Assembly: GCF_001194135.2 (NCBI RefSeq)
Contig: NC_069002.1
Location: forward strand, 26,559,460 to 26,623,459
Origin: Octopus bimaculoides
Lineage: Eukaryota
Length of the DNA stretch: 64,000 bases
Direction of reading: 5' to 3'
Position numbers and translations under genes: made by a program. The notes below the pieces were generated by a model. That model searched no databases. It was not told where the DNA came from and saw nothing but the letters and a program-made list of their open reading frames with translations. Position 1 is the first letter of the stretch. The number at the start of each line of letters is the position of its first letter. Shown here piece after piece: positions 51,406 to 63,644 of this stretch.

Positions 51406-51620
51406 TAATCCTTTCTACTGGAGGCACAAGGCCTCAAATTTGGGAGTTGGGGCCAAGTCGATTACATCGACCCCAGCACACAACTGGTACTTAATTTATC
51501 GGCCTCAAAAGGATGAAAGGCAAAGTTGACCTCGGCAGAATTTGAACTCAGGACATAGTGGCAGATGAAATACCACTAAACATTTCACCCAAAGTGCTAA
51601 TGATTCTGCCACCTCACTAC
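50917..51620 (-). mobile_element. Second head-to-tail array of three family B SINEs joined by (AAT)n
   Basis: Copies at ~50917-51112, 51141-51362 and 51409-51620. Confidence 0.85.
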
Positions 51621-52397
51621 AATAATAATAATAATAATAAAATGCTCTGATGCAGTACCAGGCAGTGGCTCTCATGGCTTCTGATCTTAATTGATTGGAA
51701 GTGTTATCATGTACATTGTTTTATTTTGGTGTAAAAGATGGGCTACAGCAAATATTCTGCTCAATATCACAGATTTGCTTGTCAGTTGTTTGACCTTAAC
51801 CAGTTGAGCATGTCCCTTGGTGGTTGATGATATGTGCATCTCTGATCATGAGCAGAAGTAGTAGGGGAGCATCATAGTCATATGTTGAGAGGAATTCTTT
51901 GGAATTTGGATAATTCATTTCTGGAAACATGGGTGTTTCATTCATCATCTTTAAACAACCCTTATTGGGGGACCTTTTGAGTGGGATGGGTTACTTGACC
52001 TAAAGAAAATTCTAACTGGCCCCCACCTGCAAGATCCTGAGCTGTTAATCTCAATATGAGATCACCATGTCGCGCACATATGGTTGTGATGCATGTGCCT
52101 TGTGTACCCTTATCAGAGGATAGTCATGATGGGTGTACTGGGCTTCGTATATTTGTACCCTAGTGTTACTGTGATGACATGCACTGCTCTCTGACTTAAT
52201 AATAATTGTGTTGTTACCCTCTTTGGTCAGGAATGACCATAGGATTGCACCTAGAAAGTTACCCTCCGAGGCACAAGTCTGTTTATGTTTATGGAAGACC
52301 AGCAGTTGCCCATGCATACCACACTCCCCTCTCCACACCACCAAGGGAAAAGCAAAGGGGCCAATACAGCTTGGCACCAGTGACGTCACAGCTCATT

Positions 52398-52711
52398 TAT
52401 TACGTGCAAGTGGCTGAGCACTCCACGGACACATGTACCCTTAACGTAGTTCTCAGGGGAGATTCAGTGTAACACAGAGTGTGACAAGGCTGGTCTTTTT
52501 GAAATACAGGTACAACAAAAACAGGAAGTAAGAGTGAGAGAAAGTTGTGGTGAAAGAGTACAGCAGGGTTCACCATCATCCCCTCTTGGAGCCTCGTGGA
52601 GCTTTAGATGTTTTTGCTCAATAAACACTCACAATGCCTGGTCTGGGAATCGAAACCGCGATTCTACGACCACTAGTCCGCTGCCCTAACCACTGGGCCA
52701 TTGCGTCTCCA
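52398..52711 (-). mobile_element. SINE family C, 3'-truncated
   Basis: Reverse complement of 38599-38915. Confidence 0.9.
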
Positions 52712-53766
52712 CTCAAGAATGATAATAACAATAATAATGATGATGATGATGATAATAATTTTTTCAAGTCTTGCTAAAAGGCCTCAAATTTGGGAGGGAA
52801 GCGGGGGTGGTGGTAGTCAATTACATCGACCCCATTACTTGACTTGTACTTTATTTTATTAACCCATAATGGAAGAAAGGCAAAGTTGACCTAGGCAGGA
52901 TTTGAACTCAGAACGTAAAGAGCCTGAAGATACGCTGCCAATCATTTTGTCCAATATGCTAACGACTCTGCTCGTTAACTAATAATTACAACAACCTGCA
53001 TCATGGTTACAGTTTAATGAAATGCAATTGTGCCACAGTGATTTGGGTTTAAATTAACTCTGACAATTTTGATGCAAAAATTTGCTTCCATTTTTTTTTC
53101 CCCTTTCGTTTTATTCCATTTTAATATTTGCAAATTGATAAAACTGACACTGGAAGATTAAGTGAAGTGAGGGAGTTGGAGAGTTACTGAATTTCAATTA
53201 GGGGTTGGTTTCATGCTTTAGGGGTTTTGTTTATTTATTTATTATTATTCAGTTCTGTTTTATATGATTGAATTTCAATTACTATTAAACGGATTTTTAA
53301 ATTTAATTCTCTTCACCTCTACCTTATAGAAATATCATAAACAAACTAAAAAAAAAGCTATAGGAATTCAGGAACAGAATATTAAGACCAACCCTTCTGC
53401 TACCAACAACACTTTCATAATGCTTTCTATTCATAAACTTTGGTTGTTCCTCACCTTTCCCCAGTTGACCTAGTTGAAGAACAAGCCATGAGCCAGCCTT
53501 TTAGCAAACAATAGAGTCCCTATGAAGGTGTTCAACTTGTTAGAAATAACAGCCAAATTGTTTCCTAGGTGCAGGCATGGCTCTGCAGCTAAGATGTTTA
53601 TTTCCTGACCACATGGTTTCAGGGTCAAACCCACTGCTGTGTGGCACCTTGGTTAAGTGTCTTCTACATGGCCCTGAACCAACCAGAATCTTGGGACTGA
53701 ATTTGGTAGATGGAAACTGTATGGAAGCCTGTTGTGTGTGTGTGTGTGTACATATANNNNNNNNNN

Positions 53767-53817
<51 letters not shown>

Positions 53818-54315
53818 TGCAATTGAAACAAGCATATATATATTTATATATATCTTCATCATCATCATTTAATGTCTGTTTTCCATGCTGGCATGGGCTG
53901 GATGGTCTGACAGAGGGGCTGTTCAGGCTCCATGTCTGTTTTGGCATGGTTTCTATGGTTGGATGCCCTTCCAAATTCCAACCACTTTACAGAGTATACT
54001 GGGTGCTTTTACACAGCACCAGTGCAGGTACGTTTTACATGGCACCAGCACCCACAAGCCCACAAGATTACGATCTCTCAGCCAAAGAGGAATGCAGGGG
54101 ACAACTCCCTTTAACCTTGGTCACTTTTTAGTGATTGTGAATTATTTCCTTTTTGGTTTAAATTGCTTCTAGCCGCCTTAATTATTTTATGATTTGCACT
54201 ACCATTTTGCTGAATCAGTTACTAATTCCTACTGTACATTCTATAAATACTGACAAGTGGAATTCCAACTTCACCACCAGCAACCATCATTGATGAGCAT
54301 TAATTTCATGCGAAG

Positions 54316-54423
54316 ATAGCATGCCAATCTAATTCTCTTGCAGTGGGAAGGTTGTCTCCCTCATAAGTACATCGAACATATGCTTTTGTGGATAAAGTGT
54401 CTTTGACTCTTATTTCTAGCAAT
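54316..54423 (+). repeat. 108-bp segment duplicated identically at 55737-55844
   Basis: atagcatgccaatctaattctc...tatttctagcaat; no mismatch seen by eye. Confidence 0.9.
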
Positions 54424-55844
54424 GTTGGTTCTCCCTTCACCCTTGGTCACTTATAGTGATGGTAAATNNNNNNNNNNNNNNNNNNNNNNNNNNNNNNNNN
54501 NNNNNNNNNNNNNNNNNNNNNNNNNNNNNNNNNNNNNNNNNNNNNNNNNNNNNNNNNNNNNNNNNNNNNNNNNNNNNNNNNNNNNNNNNNNNNNNNNNNN
54601 NNNNNNNNNNNNNNNNNNNNNNNNNNNNNNNNNNNNNNNNNNNNNNNNNNNNNNNNNNNNNNNNNNNNNNNNNNNNNNNNNNNNNNNNNNNNATTTATAT
54701 ATATGTATGTATTCATGTATTTTTGTGTCTCTCCCTCCCCTGCCATTGCATGACAACTAACACTGGTGTGTTTGCGTGCCTGTAACTTGGCAGTTTGGCA
54801 AAAGAGAATGATAGAATAAGTGCCAGATTTAAAAAAAAAAAGCAGAAATAAGCACCTGGGGTCGATTTCTTCGACTAAAACCCTTTAAGGCCGTGCTCCA
54901 GCATGGCCACAGTCAACTGACCGAAACGAGTAAGAATAAAAGAATCAGATGGTTGTCAGTCTTGTTAAATTTGACCACTTGTTCTGTGAGCCACACAACA
55001 TTCTTTCTCTTGTAGACCTGGTGTTGTATTCATAGTAAGTAAATTTGATTTTACTCAAGGCACAGATTAAAACATTTTCAGAATCTTGTCGCAATTTTCC
55101 TAATAATTCTTTTCTTTTTCCTTTTTTTTTTTTACAGAAAAGTTTTTAAGTTTTCTACTGTAAATTGTTATTTTGGATGTTTAAATTTTAATCTTGAGAC
55201 CTAATCTTTTACCTCAAGCAAACGTATACATTTACAAGTGTATGTTTGTGTGTGTACGTGTGTTGTATGCAGCCGTCTACAATAAATAATTACAATCTGC
55301 AATAATTTGCATCAAATATTTTTTTCATTTATAAAACAAGAAACATATACATTATATATATATATATAATGATCACACACGCACACACACACATTTATGC
55401 ATATATGTGTTCGTATTTATGAATGTATGTATATTTGCTATGTGCAACGGAAACAGTATTAGTTTGAAACAGTAATCTGTGTATCATACTAAAAATTAAG
55501 CTTTCTATGATGTATTTGCTTTAAGTATGATATACAGATTGCTATACATACATATATACAAACATACATAGATACATACATATATATATGATGATAGGAA
55601 GATGATTTAACCTGCAAGTTGGGTCAAGGCAGAGAAGAATGCTGCAGTCAAGACCAAAGTAGAGGCTCGTTGTGACCAGCAGTGTATAAGAGCATCTGAT
55701 GGTCTGGTCAATATTGTGATATATATATATATATATATAGCATGCCAATCTAATTCTCTTGCAGTGGGAAGGTTGTCTCCCTCATAAGTACATCGAACAT
55801 ATGCTTTTGTGGATAAAGTGTCTTTGACTCTTATTTCTAGCAAT

Positions 55845-56140
55845 TTTACACTTGAAAAGAAGATATAAGATTGCCAGGTTTTTGTCTCTCTCACCAAGGT
55901 CAGCCGCTATCGGACGCCGACGAAGGGAAATAACCCTGAAATCCGGATCCGTTCGTGCTGCAGATGTTGGTGAGAGGGATAACTACCCTTGGCAAACAGG
56001 ACACAGTCGTGTGTCGATAAGCCAGCTGGAGGAGATGTCCTCCTGGGGCTAAAAGCAACAGTAACATCCACCCCTAGGGGTCAGCCACACTTAAGTGGCA
56101 ATATACTACACTTTATCGTGCAGTTACTGTTAATACTTCA
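55845..56140 (+). mobile_element. Young copy of hammerhead-bearing repeat family X
   Basis: CpG-rich; aligns with 28700-28940 (-) and 63414-63480 (+). Confidence 0.7.
55911..55955 (+). ncRNA. Minimal type-I hammerhead ribozyme fold with palindromic stem III (U4-to-C core variant)
   Basis: cggacg CCGACGA aggg aaataa ccct GAAA tccgga TC cgttcg: stem I 6 bp (one GU), stem II 4 bp, palindrome ATCCGGAT, predicted AUC cleavage after 55949. Confidence 0.7.
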
Positions 56141-56158
56141 TTTAGAGAATTAACATTG

Positions 56159-56224
<66 letters not shown>

Positions 56225-56944
56225 CACCAAGCACATGGTTCTGGGGTCAGTCCCACTGCATAGCACCTTGGGCAAGTGTCTTCTACTATAGCCTTGGGCC
56301 GACCAAAGCCTTGTGAGTGGATTTGGTAGACAGAAACTGAACGAAACCCGTTGTATATATATATATGTTTGTGTGTCTGTGTTTGTTCCCCTACAATTGC
56401 TTGACAACCGATGTTGGTGTCTTTACGTCCCCATAACTTGGTGGTTCAGCAAAAAGCTCAATAGAATAAGTGCTAGGCTTACAAAGAATAAGGGATCGAT
56501 TTATTCAGCTAAAGGCGGTGCTCCAGCATGGCTGCAGTCAAATGACTGAAACAAGTAAAAGAATAAAAGAAAACGTACATATATGTATATATGGATGGAT
56601 GGATGGATGGTTGGATGGATATTTATTTATTTATTTATTTATTTGCACACACCTTCACACATTATGCAAAGGTATCTGGAGTTTTGAAGTAGCACTATAT
56701 TGACCAATTCCTGCAGAGCATGAACAAAAACAAAAATTCATTCTTATTGCAGTTTGTTAGGAACCTATCCTTTCGGGGTCGATTAAATAAGTACCAGGTA
56801 TGCACTGGTGTCGATGTAATCAACTTAATCCCTTTGTTTTTCTCCTCTATGTGTAGCCCCCTGTGGGCAATAAAGACATAAATATTTTGTGTATCATCAC
56901 ATTGGGAAACTGATCCAGCTCATACCAGAAAAAACTGAAGATCT

Positions 56945-57345
56945 CTTCCCTCCTTTTCAGCATGCTGAATGGAATTCCAAATCATTCAGACATTCTCAAG
57001 GCAGCCCAAGACTCTATTTCGTCCAAACTGCTGTGTCTGTAAATTAGTTTGGTGCTAGAAATCGTGACATCCTTCTTGCCACTCATGACATGAAATTGCT
57101 TATCCTCTACATTGAAGAAGGGCGTCAGATAAAATTCATCAATTGAAGACATCCTCTTCTCCTTAAGTTCCTGCAAGCATTCTGCCTAAGCACCAGTTTT
57201 ATTTTGGAGTTCTTTATTTCCTCACTGACTGCGATAGATGACCTTTGTCCCTCCCTGCCAGACAAAACCACTGCAAAAGGGAACAGATTTGGAAGATTGC
57301 CTTGAAGAAAAGATTGGAGGGGAAAAAGTCTTTAATAGAATATTG
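56945..57345 (+). pseudogene. RTE-clade reverse transcriptase remnant
   Basis: LFSML..., RNRDILLATHDMKLLILYIEEGRQIKFIN*, AFCLSTS, KTTAKGNRFGRLP*RKDW parallel the RTE RT motifs (FSM.L; RD.LFADD; FGL.IS; RI.KA...FGRL..R.W); very decayed. Confidence 0.55.
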
Positions 57346-58337
57346 AGCAGTTGCAACTTTGAGGATGCCAGAGTTCATCATCATCATTGTTTAACGTCCG
57401 TTTTCCATGCTGGCATGGGTTGGACGGTTTGTCTGGGGTTTGGGAAGCTAGGAGGCTGCACCAGGCTCCAGTCTGATCTGGCAGTGTTTCTATAGCTGGA
57501 TGCCCTTCCTAACGCCAGCCATGAGAGTGTAGTGGGTGCTTTTTAAGTGTCAACAGCACAGGGACTGGAAGGGGCTGGCAACAAACTTTTTACATGCCAC
57601 AGGTATGGAAGCCAGTCAAGGTGGCACTGGCATCAACCACGTTCGGATGGTGCTTTTTACGTGCCACCGGCATGGGGACCACAACTACAATTTCCATTTG
57701 ATTTTGATGTGTTTGTTAAGTCTTGTATGAAACACCATTGTATATCTAGGTGTGTATATAAATATGTGTGTGTGTGTGTGTGTGTGTGTATACTGGGAAA
57801 CTGCATATATATTTCATTAAGGCTACAAAATTATTGTAATAATTTTGCAACTTTAATTAGAAATATCTTACTCTACCTGTGGTATTTACTATTTTTCCAC
57901 CTTATTTTGCACTTATGTGCTCACCTGTGTGAGTGTGTGTATGTATATACCCACACACATACATATATATATACATATATACACTTGCATATATATATAT
58001 ATACATATATATACATATATGTGTATATATATATATATGTGTATGTATACATAAAATGATGCAAAGACAAATTCACATACACACAGTCTCTCCTTATCCC
58101 CCTCCTTTTCTTCCCCTTCTTTTCTCCCCCTCCTCCCACCTCTCTCTCTCTCTCCTATCAAGGAAGACAGAAACAAAAACAAGACATTCTTTAAAATATA
58201 TTTATCATAAATTCCAACAAAAGATGCAATAAATACAAAAAAATAAACTTAAAACTACTCAGACACTCAACAAAAGAACATCTTATAAGCTATGTCATCA
58301 TCATCATCATCATCGTCATCATCATTATCATGTTACT

Positions 58338-58389
<52 letters not shown>

Positions 58390-58390
<1 letters not shown>

Positions 58391-58533
58391 GGCAGCGAGC
58401 TGGCATAATCATTAGCATGCTGGACGAAATACATAGCAGTATTTCGCCCATCACTACATTCTGAGTTCAAATTCCACCAAGGTCGAGTTTGCCTTTCCTC
58501 AAAATTTCAGGCCTTATGCCTATAATAGAAAGG
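58390..58533 (+). mobile_element. Internally deleted family B SINE between (ATT)n tracts
   Basis: aaggcagcgagctggc...gagttcaaattcc...aggccttatgcctataatagaaagg. Confidence 0.8.
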
Positions 58534-58570
<37 letters not shown>

Positions 58571-58571
<1 letters not shown>

Positions 58572-58858
58572 TTTATGAAACCCCACAGCTTATTTTGCAG
58601 GGTATGATGGAAAGTGTCAGCTGTCCCCAACCAGCAGACTAAGGTGACACTTGTTTTACTGGTCACGCTTCAAGAACCCTGCAATGAATTCTTGCAGTTC
58701 CAAACAATGTTTTGATTTGTGTAGGTGTTCTACCTTCACATTTGCACCAATCCTTTTCAGCCATATTGGTAGTTGAGTGCTGATACTTCCAAACGCACCA
58801 ATTATTACTGGTATCACGTCTACCCTCTTCATTGACCACAACCTTCGCATTTCCTATT
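58571..58858 (-). mobile_element. 5'-truncated R4/Dong-like (restriction-like endonuclease) LINE 3' end inside (TAA)n
   Basis: MRRLWSMKRVDVIPVIIGAFGSI...WLKRIG...EHLHKS then (frameshift) ALFGTARIHCRVLEA*, matching the V.PVVIGALG...QK.ALLGTARILR.VL C-terminus; ~85-nt 3' UTR followed by (TAA)n. Confidence 0.8.
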
Positions 58859-58870
58859 TTATTATCATCA

Positions 58871-58913
<43 letters not shown>

Positions 58914-58982
58914 ATCATCTTTGATGTAATCAACTCATCCCTTCCCCACAAAATTGCTGCCCTTGAGGCAAAAATTTGAAAC

Positions 58983-59023
<41 letters not shown>

Positions 59024-59421
59024 GGTTATTATTATTATTAGGTTATTATATTATTAGTCTTATTAATTACTTCACAATTCTTCATATATTGCTATAATCC
59101 GGCTTAAACCATTTCTCTTCTTCTCCACCCCCGCCCATCCCCTAAAATAAACATTATTATCATTATCTATTATTATTATTATTATTATTATTATTACATC
59201 ATCTTTGACTCCGTTCCCACACATCCTGAAATGTCGACTGCTGTCTTATCAATTCTTACATTATGCCACCAGACTTTCTGCAAAAAAAGAAAAAAAAGAA
59301 AAATACAAAAAAGAAAGAAAGAAAGAATGAAGAAAGAAAAAGACCCCTCCAAAAAAACAACCAAAAAACACACAGTTTTGGTGTCGTTCGGTTGTGGCAT
59401 CAGTTCTGCTGCTCTTTCTCA

Positions 59422-59455
<34 letters not shown>

Positions 59456-59729
59456 NNNNNNNNNNNNNNNNNNNNNNNNNNNNNNNNNNNNNNNNNNNNN
59501 NNNNNNNNNNNNNNNNNNNNNNNNNNNNNNNNNNNNNNNNNNNNNNNNNNNNNNNNNNNNNNNNNNNNNNNNNNNNNNNNNNNNNNNNNNNNNNNNNNNN
59601 NNNNNNNNNNNNNNNNNNNNNNNNNNNNNNNNNNNNNNNNNNNNNNNNNNNNNNNNNNNNNNNNNGTTTTTTTTTTCTTTTTGCTTTTGTGTTGTGTGTG
59701 GCTTTGGAATGACTTAGAAAAAGGAAAGA

Positions 59730-60150
59730 GGATGGGCATCATCTTCATCTTTGTAACGTGGTGGCCATCACTATCATCGTCATCGCCAGCGACACCATCA
59801 TCACCGTCATCATCAACATCATCTTCATCATCATCCATTATCGTCGTCGCCACCATCTTCATTGTAATCATCTTCATCATCATCATTGCCATCATCATCA
59901 CCACCATCTCGATCGTCTTCATCATCACCACTACCATCAATATCATCTTTATCATCATCACCATTGCCTTGCTTCTCATCATCTTCCTCTTCATCATCAT
60001 CATCATTGTCATCACTATCATTATCATTTTCTTCATCATCATCACCGTCATCATCATTGTTATTGCCTTCATTGCTGTGGATGTCATTATCATCTTTATC
60101 CTCCTCCACCTCCTCCTCTTCTTCCTCCTCCTCCTCATCATCATCACTGT
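59730..60150. repeat. Degenerate (CAT/CAC/CTC)n tract
   Basis: Direct reading; source of the poly-D/M/H/I spurious ORFs. Confidence 0.9.
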
Positions 60151-61074
60151 TCTCCCCTTCATTATTGTTATGATTTTTGTAGTCTTATTTTTAATGCATA
60201 CTTTCACTGTACTGTCAAGTAAAGCTTTGTGCGTCTTGGCAATGTGCAGTCTCTTCTCTCTTTTCCCTCTCTCTCTCTCTCTCTTATTCAAAGTAAGCAA
60301 TGTTAAGCACATATATGTGTGGGTGGGTATGGGTTAGTGCCTAGTTGTGCTGTTTATTGCATGTTGTGTAGAGGAATCCCTAAGATTTCGGTTCCGTATT
60401 TACCCCTATGCTTGTTTGAGTCATTGGACCACGGCCATGCTGGACCACTGCTGTGAGAGTGTTAATGCTTTTTTCAAGTTTGGTCCTTATTATATCTGTC
60501 CCCTTTGCCGAACTGCTAACTGACAGCGAAGTAACCGACCCAACACCGGTTGCCAAGCAGTGGCATACAAACATAAACACAAGGACACATTCACACATAG
60601 AGATATATCATCATCATCATTGAAAGTCCGTTTTCCATGCTGGCATGGGTTGGACGGTTTGACTGAGGACTGGCAAGCCAGGAGACTACACCAGGCTCCA
60701 ATCTGATTTAGCAGAGTTTCTACAGCTGGATGCCCTTCTTAATGCCAACCACTCTGAGAGTGTAGTGTGTGCTTTTTATGTGCCACCGGCATGAGGGCCA
60801 GTCAAACGATACTGGCATTGCTAATGATCACACTCAAATGGTGATTTTTACATGCCACCGGCATGGGACCAGTCAGGTGACACTGGCATCGAACAAATCA
60901 ACTCCAGGACTTATTCTTTGTAAGCCTAGTACTTATTCTATCGGTCTCTATTGCTGAACTGCTAGGTTATGGGAACATAAACACACCAACATCGGTTGTC
61001 ATGCAATGGAGACAAACACAGACACAAATGACAAATACATACATACACGCACACACACACACACACACACACAT

Positions 61075-61131
<57 letters not shown>

Positions 61132-61288
61132 ACAGGCTTCTTTCAGTTTCCATCTACCAAATTCACTCACAAGGCTTTGATTGGCCTGAGGCTATAGTAG
61201 AAGACACTTGTCCAAGGTGCCACACAATGGGACTGAACCCAGAACCATGTGGTTGGGAAGCAAGCTTCTTACTACACACCCACTCCTG

Positions 61289-61326
<38 letters not shown>

Positions 61327-63409
61327 AAATAGTAAATGAGTATATGCATATATACGTACAGGTATGTGCGTACCGACATCCATCTGTATGTATAGGTGCA
61401 TATCTGGGTACAGGACATTGCAAACAAAACGTAGATGAGAAAACAGACAAGCTTCTTTCAGTTTCCACCTACCAAATTCACTCACAAGGCTTTGATTGAC
61501 CCACGGTTATAGTAGAAGACATTTGTCCAAGGTGCCACGCAGTTATTTGGTTGGGAAGCAAGCTTCTTACCACACAGTCGCTCCTGCACCTATATTTATT
61601 TATTTTTTATTAATTTTTCTTTTTTGGTATTTGTATTTTCATTATGTAGTATTCTTTAGGTCTGTTATTTCTTCATCTGGTATTGTTTTGGGTTTGAGAA
61701 TATATCATTTCAAATTAATTAATCTACTGGGATCCAGTGTTACTTCTAGATATGGCTTATTTTCTCTTCACATCATATTTCACATCTTATTTCTCTCCTT
61801 ATATTTGGTTGAGCATTGCTACAAAACAAACATACCTCTTCCCTTCATCTCTGCCATTTTTCTCTCTCTCCCATAACTCTTTCTAGCACTTTCTTTCCCT
61901 TTTCTCCCTCCTCTACCACCTTCACATCATAGATTATATTCTGTCATCGTTCTTTCTTCTATTCACCTTCTTGGTGTATAGTCTTTAGGTTTGTGGAGCA
62001 TATCAATGTACTGCAAGTGTTAGGGCCACAATAAAATAGCCCCAGTACACTCTATAAGGAGATTAGCAATGGAGTTGAGAAGATGCTTTGGTCTTTGCGA
62101 GAACATGACAAAACACTATGAGTGATGGAAGGCAGAAAGATGAGTGATTCAGAAGTGTCTGAGCAGAAGGGGACACAAGGCATGAGATCGAGCAGCTACG
62201 AGGAACAGAGGCCATTATAGTGACAATAGAAAAAGGCTGCATTGAGGAAACCTACTCAGGTGGAGTGGATGAGAATATACTGGAATGTGTGTGTGTGTGT
62301 GTCTGTGTTACCATAGTAACAAGCTGACCGAAGCTTAAACGACAACAGCAGCAACAGCAACACCTTCCGTCATCCCTACCCTCAACTCCTGGTGACTCTA
62401 TATTCTAGTAGAGCACTACCAGTCACTGGTATATCGACTATTGTCTGGTTTTTCTAACAATAAGCGNNNNNNNNNNNNNNNNNNNNNNNNNNNNNNNNNN
62501 NNNNNNNNNNNNNNNNNNNNNNNNNNNNNNNNNNNNNNNNNNNNNNNNNNNNNNNNNNNNNNNNNNNNNNNNNNNNNNNNNNNNNNNNNNNNNNNNNNNN
62601 NNNNNNNNNNNNNNNNNNNNNNNNNNNNNNNNNNNNNNNNNNNNNNNNNNNNNNNNNNNNNNNNNNNNNNNNNNNNNNNNNNNNNNNNNNNNNNNNNNNN
62701 NNNNNNNNNNNNNNNNNNNNNNNNNNNNNNNNNNNNNNNNNNNNNNNNNNNNNNNNNNNNNNNNNNNNNNNNNNNNNNNNNNNNNNNNNNNNNNNNNNNN
62801 NNNNNNNNNNNNNNNNNNNNNNNNNNNNNNNNNNNNNNNNNNNNNNNNNNNNNNNNNNNNNNNNNNNNNNNNNNNNNNNNNNNNNNNNNNNNNNNNNNNN
62901 NNNNNNNNNNNNNNNNNNNNNNNNNNNNNNNNNNNNNNNNNNNNNNNNNNNNNNNNNNNNNNNNNNNNNNNNNNNNNNNNNNNNNNNNNNNNNNNNNNNN
63001 NNNNNNNNNNNNNNNNNNNNNNNNNNNNNNNNNNNNNNNNNNNNNNNNNNNNNNNNNNNNNNNNNNNNNNNNNNNNNNNNNNNNNNNNNNNNNNNNNNNN
63101 NNNNNNNNNNNNNNNNNNNNNNNNNNNNNNNNNNNNNNNNNNNNNNNNNNNNNNNNNNNNNNNNNNNNNNNNNNNNNNNNNNNNNNNNNNNNNNNNNNNN
63201 NNNNNNNNNNNNNNNNNNNNNNNNNNNNNNNNNNNNNNNNNNNNNNNNNNNNNNNNNNNNNNNNNNNNNNNNNNNNNNNNNNNNNNNNNNNNNNNNNNNN
63301 NNNNNNNNNNNNNNNNNNNNNNNNNNNNNNNNNNNNNNNNNNNNNNNNNNNNNNNNNNNNNNNTATATATATATATATATATATATGTTTGTGTGTGTAT
63401 GTGTGTATA

Positions 63410-63644
63410 GTAGCATCCACCCTTAAGGGTTAGCCACATTTAGGTGGCAAATATACTTCACTATGTCGTGCGGCTACTGTTTATATCTTCTTCAAAGGTT
63501 TATTATTGCTTGTTTCCGCTTTTTCGAGATCAGTGACTTTTCGTCACTGGAAAAAGTATATATATTTGCATTGAGAACCACTTCCCATCGCCGACTAGTG
63601 GTCGTCAAACGCTGACGACGGGTCAATACCCAGAAACTCAGGTC
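63410..63644 (+). mobile_element. Family X copy ending in a hammerhead core
   Basis: Shared motif at 63414-63480; CTGACGA cggg tcaata ccca GAAA ctcagg TC at 63612-63644, then a junction to a family A SINE tail. Confidence 0.65.

Noticed and set aside
54316-55844. TRIM/LTR element bounded by the 108-bp repeats
   Set aside because: No PBS, PPT or TSD recognisable, and identity extends beyond the TG...CA ends; kept only as a duplication.
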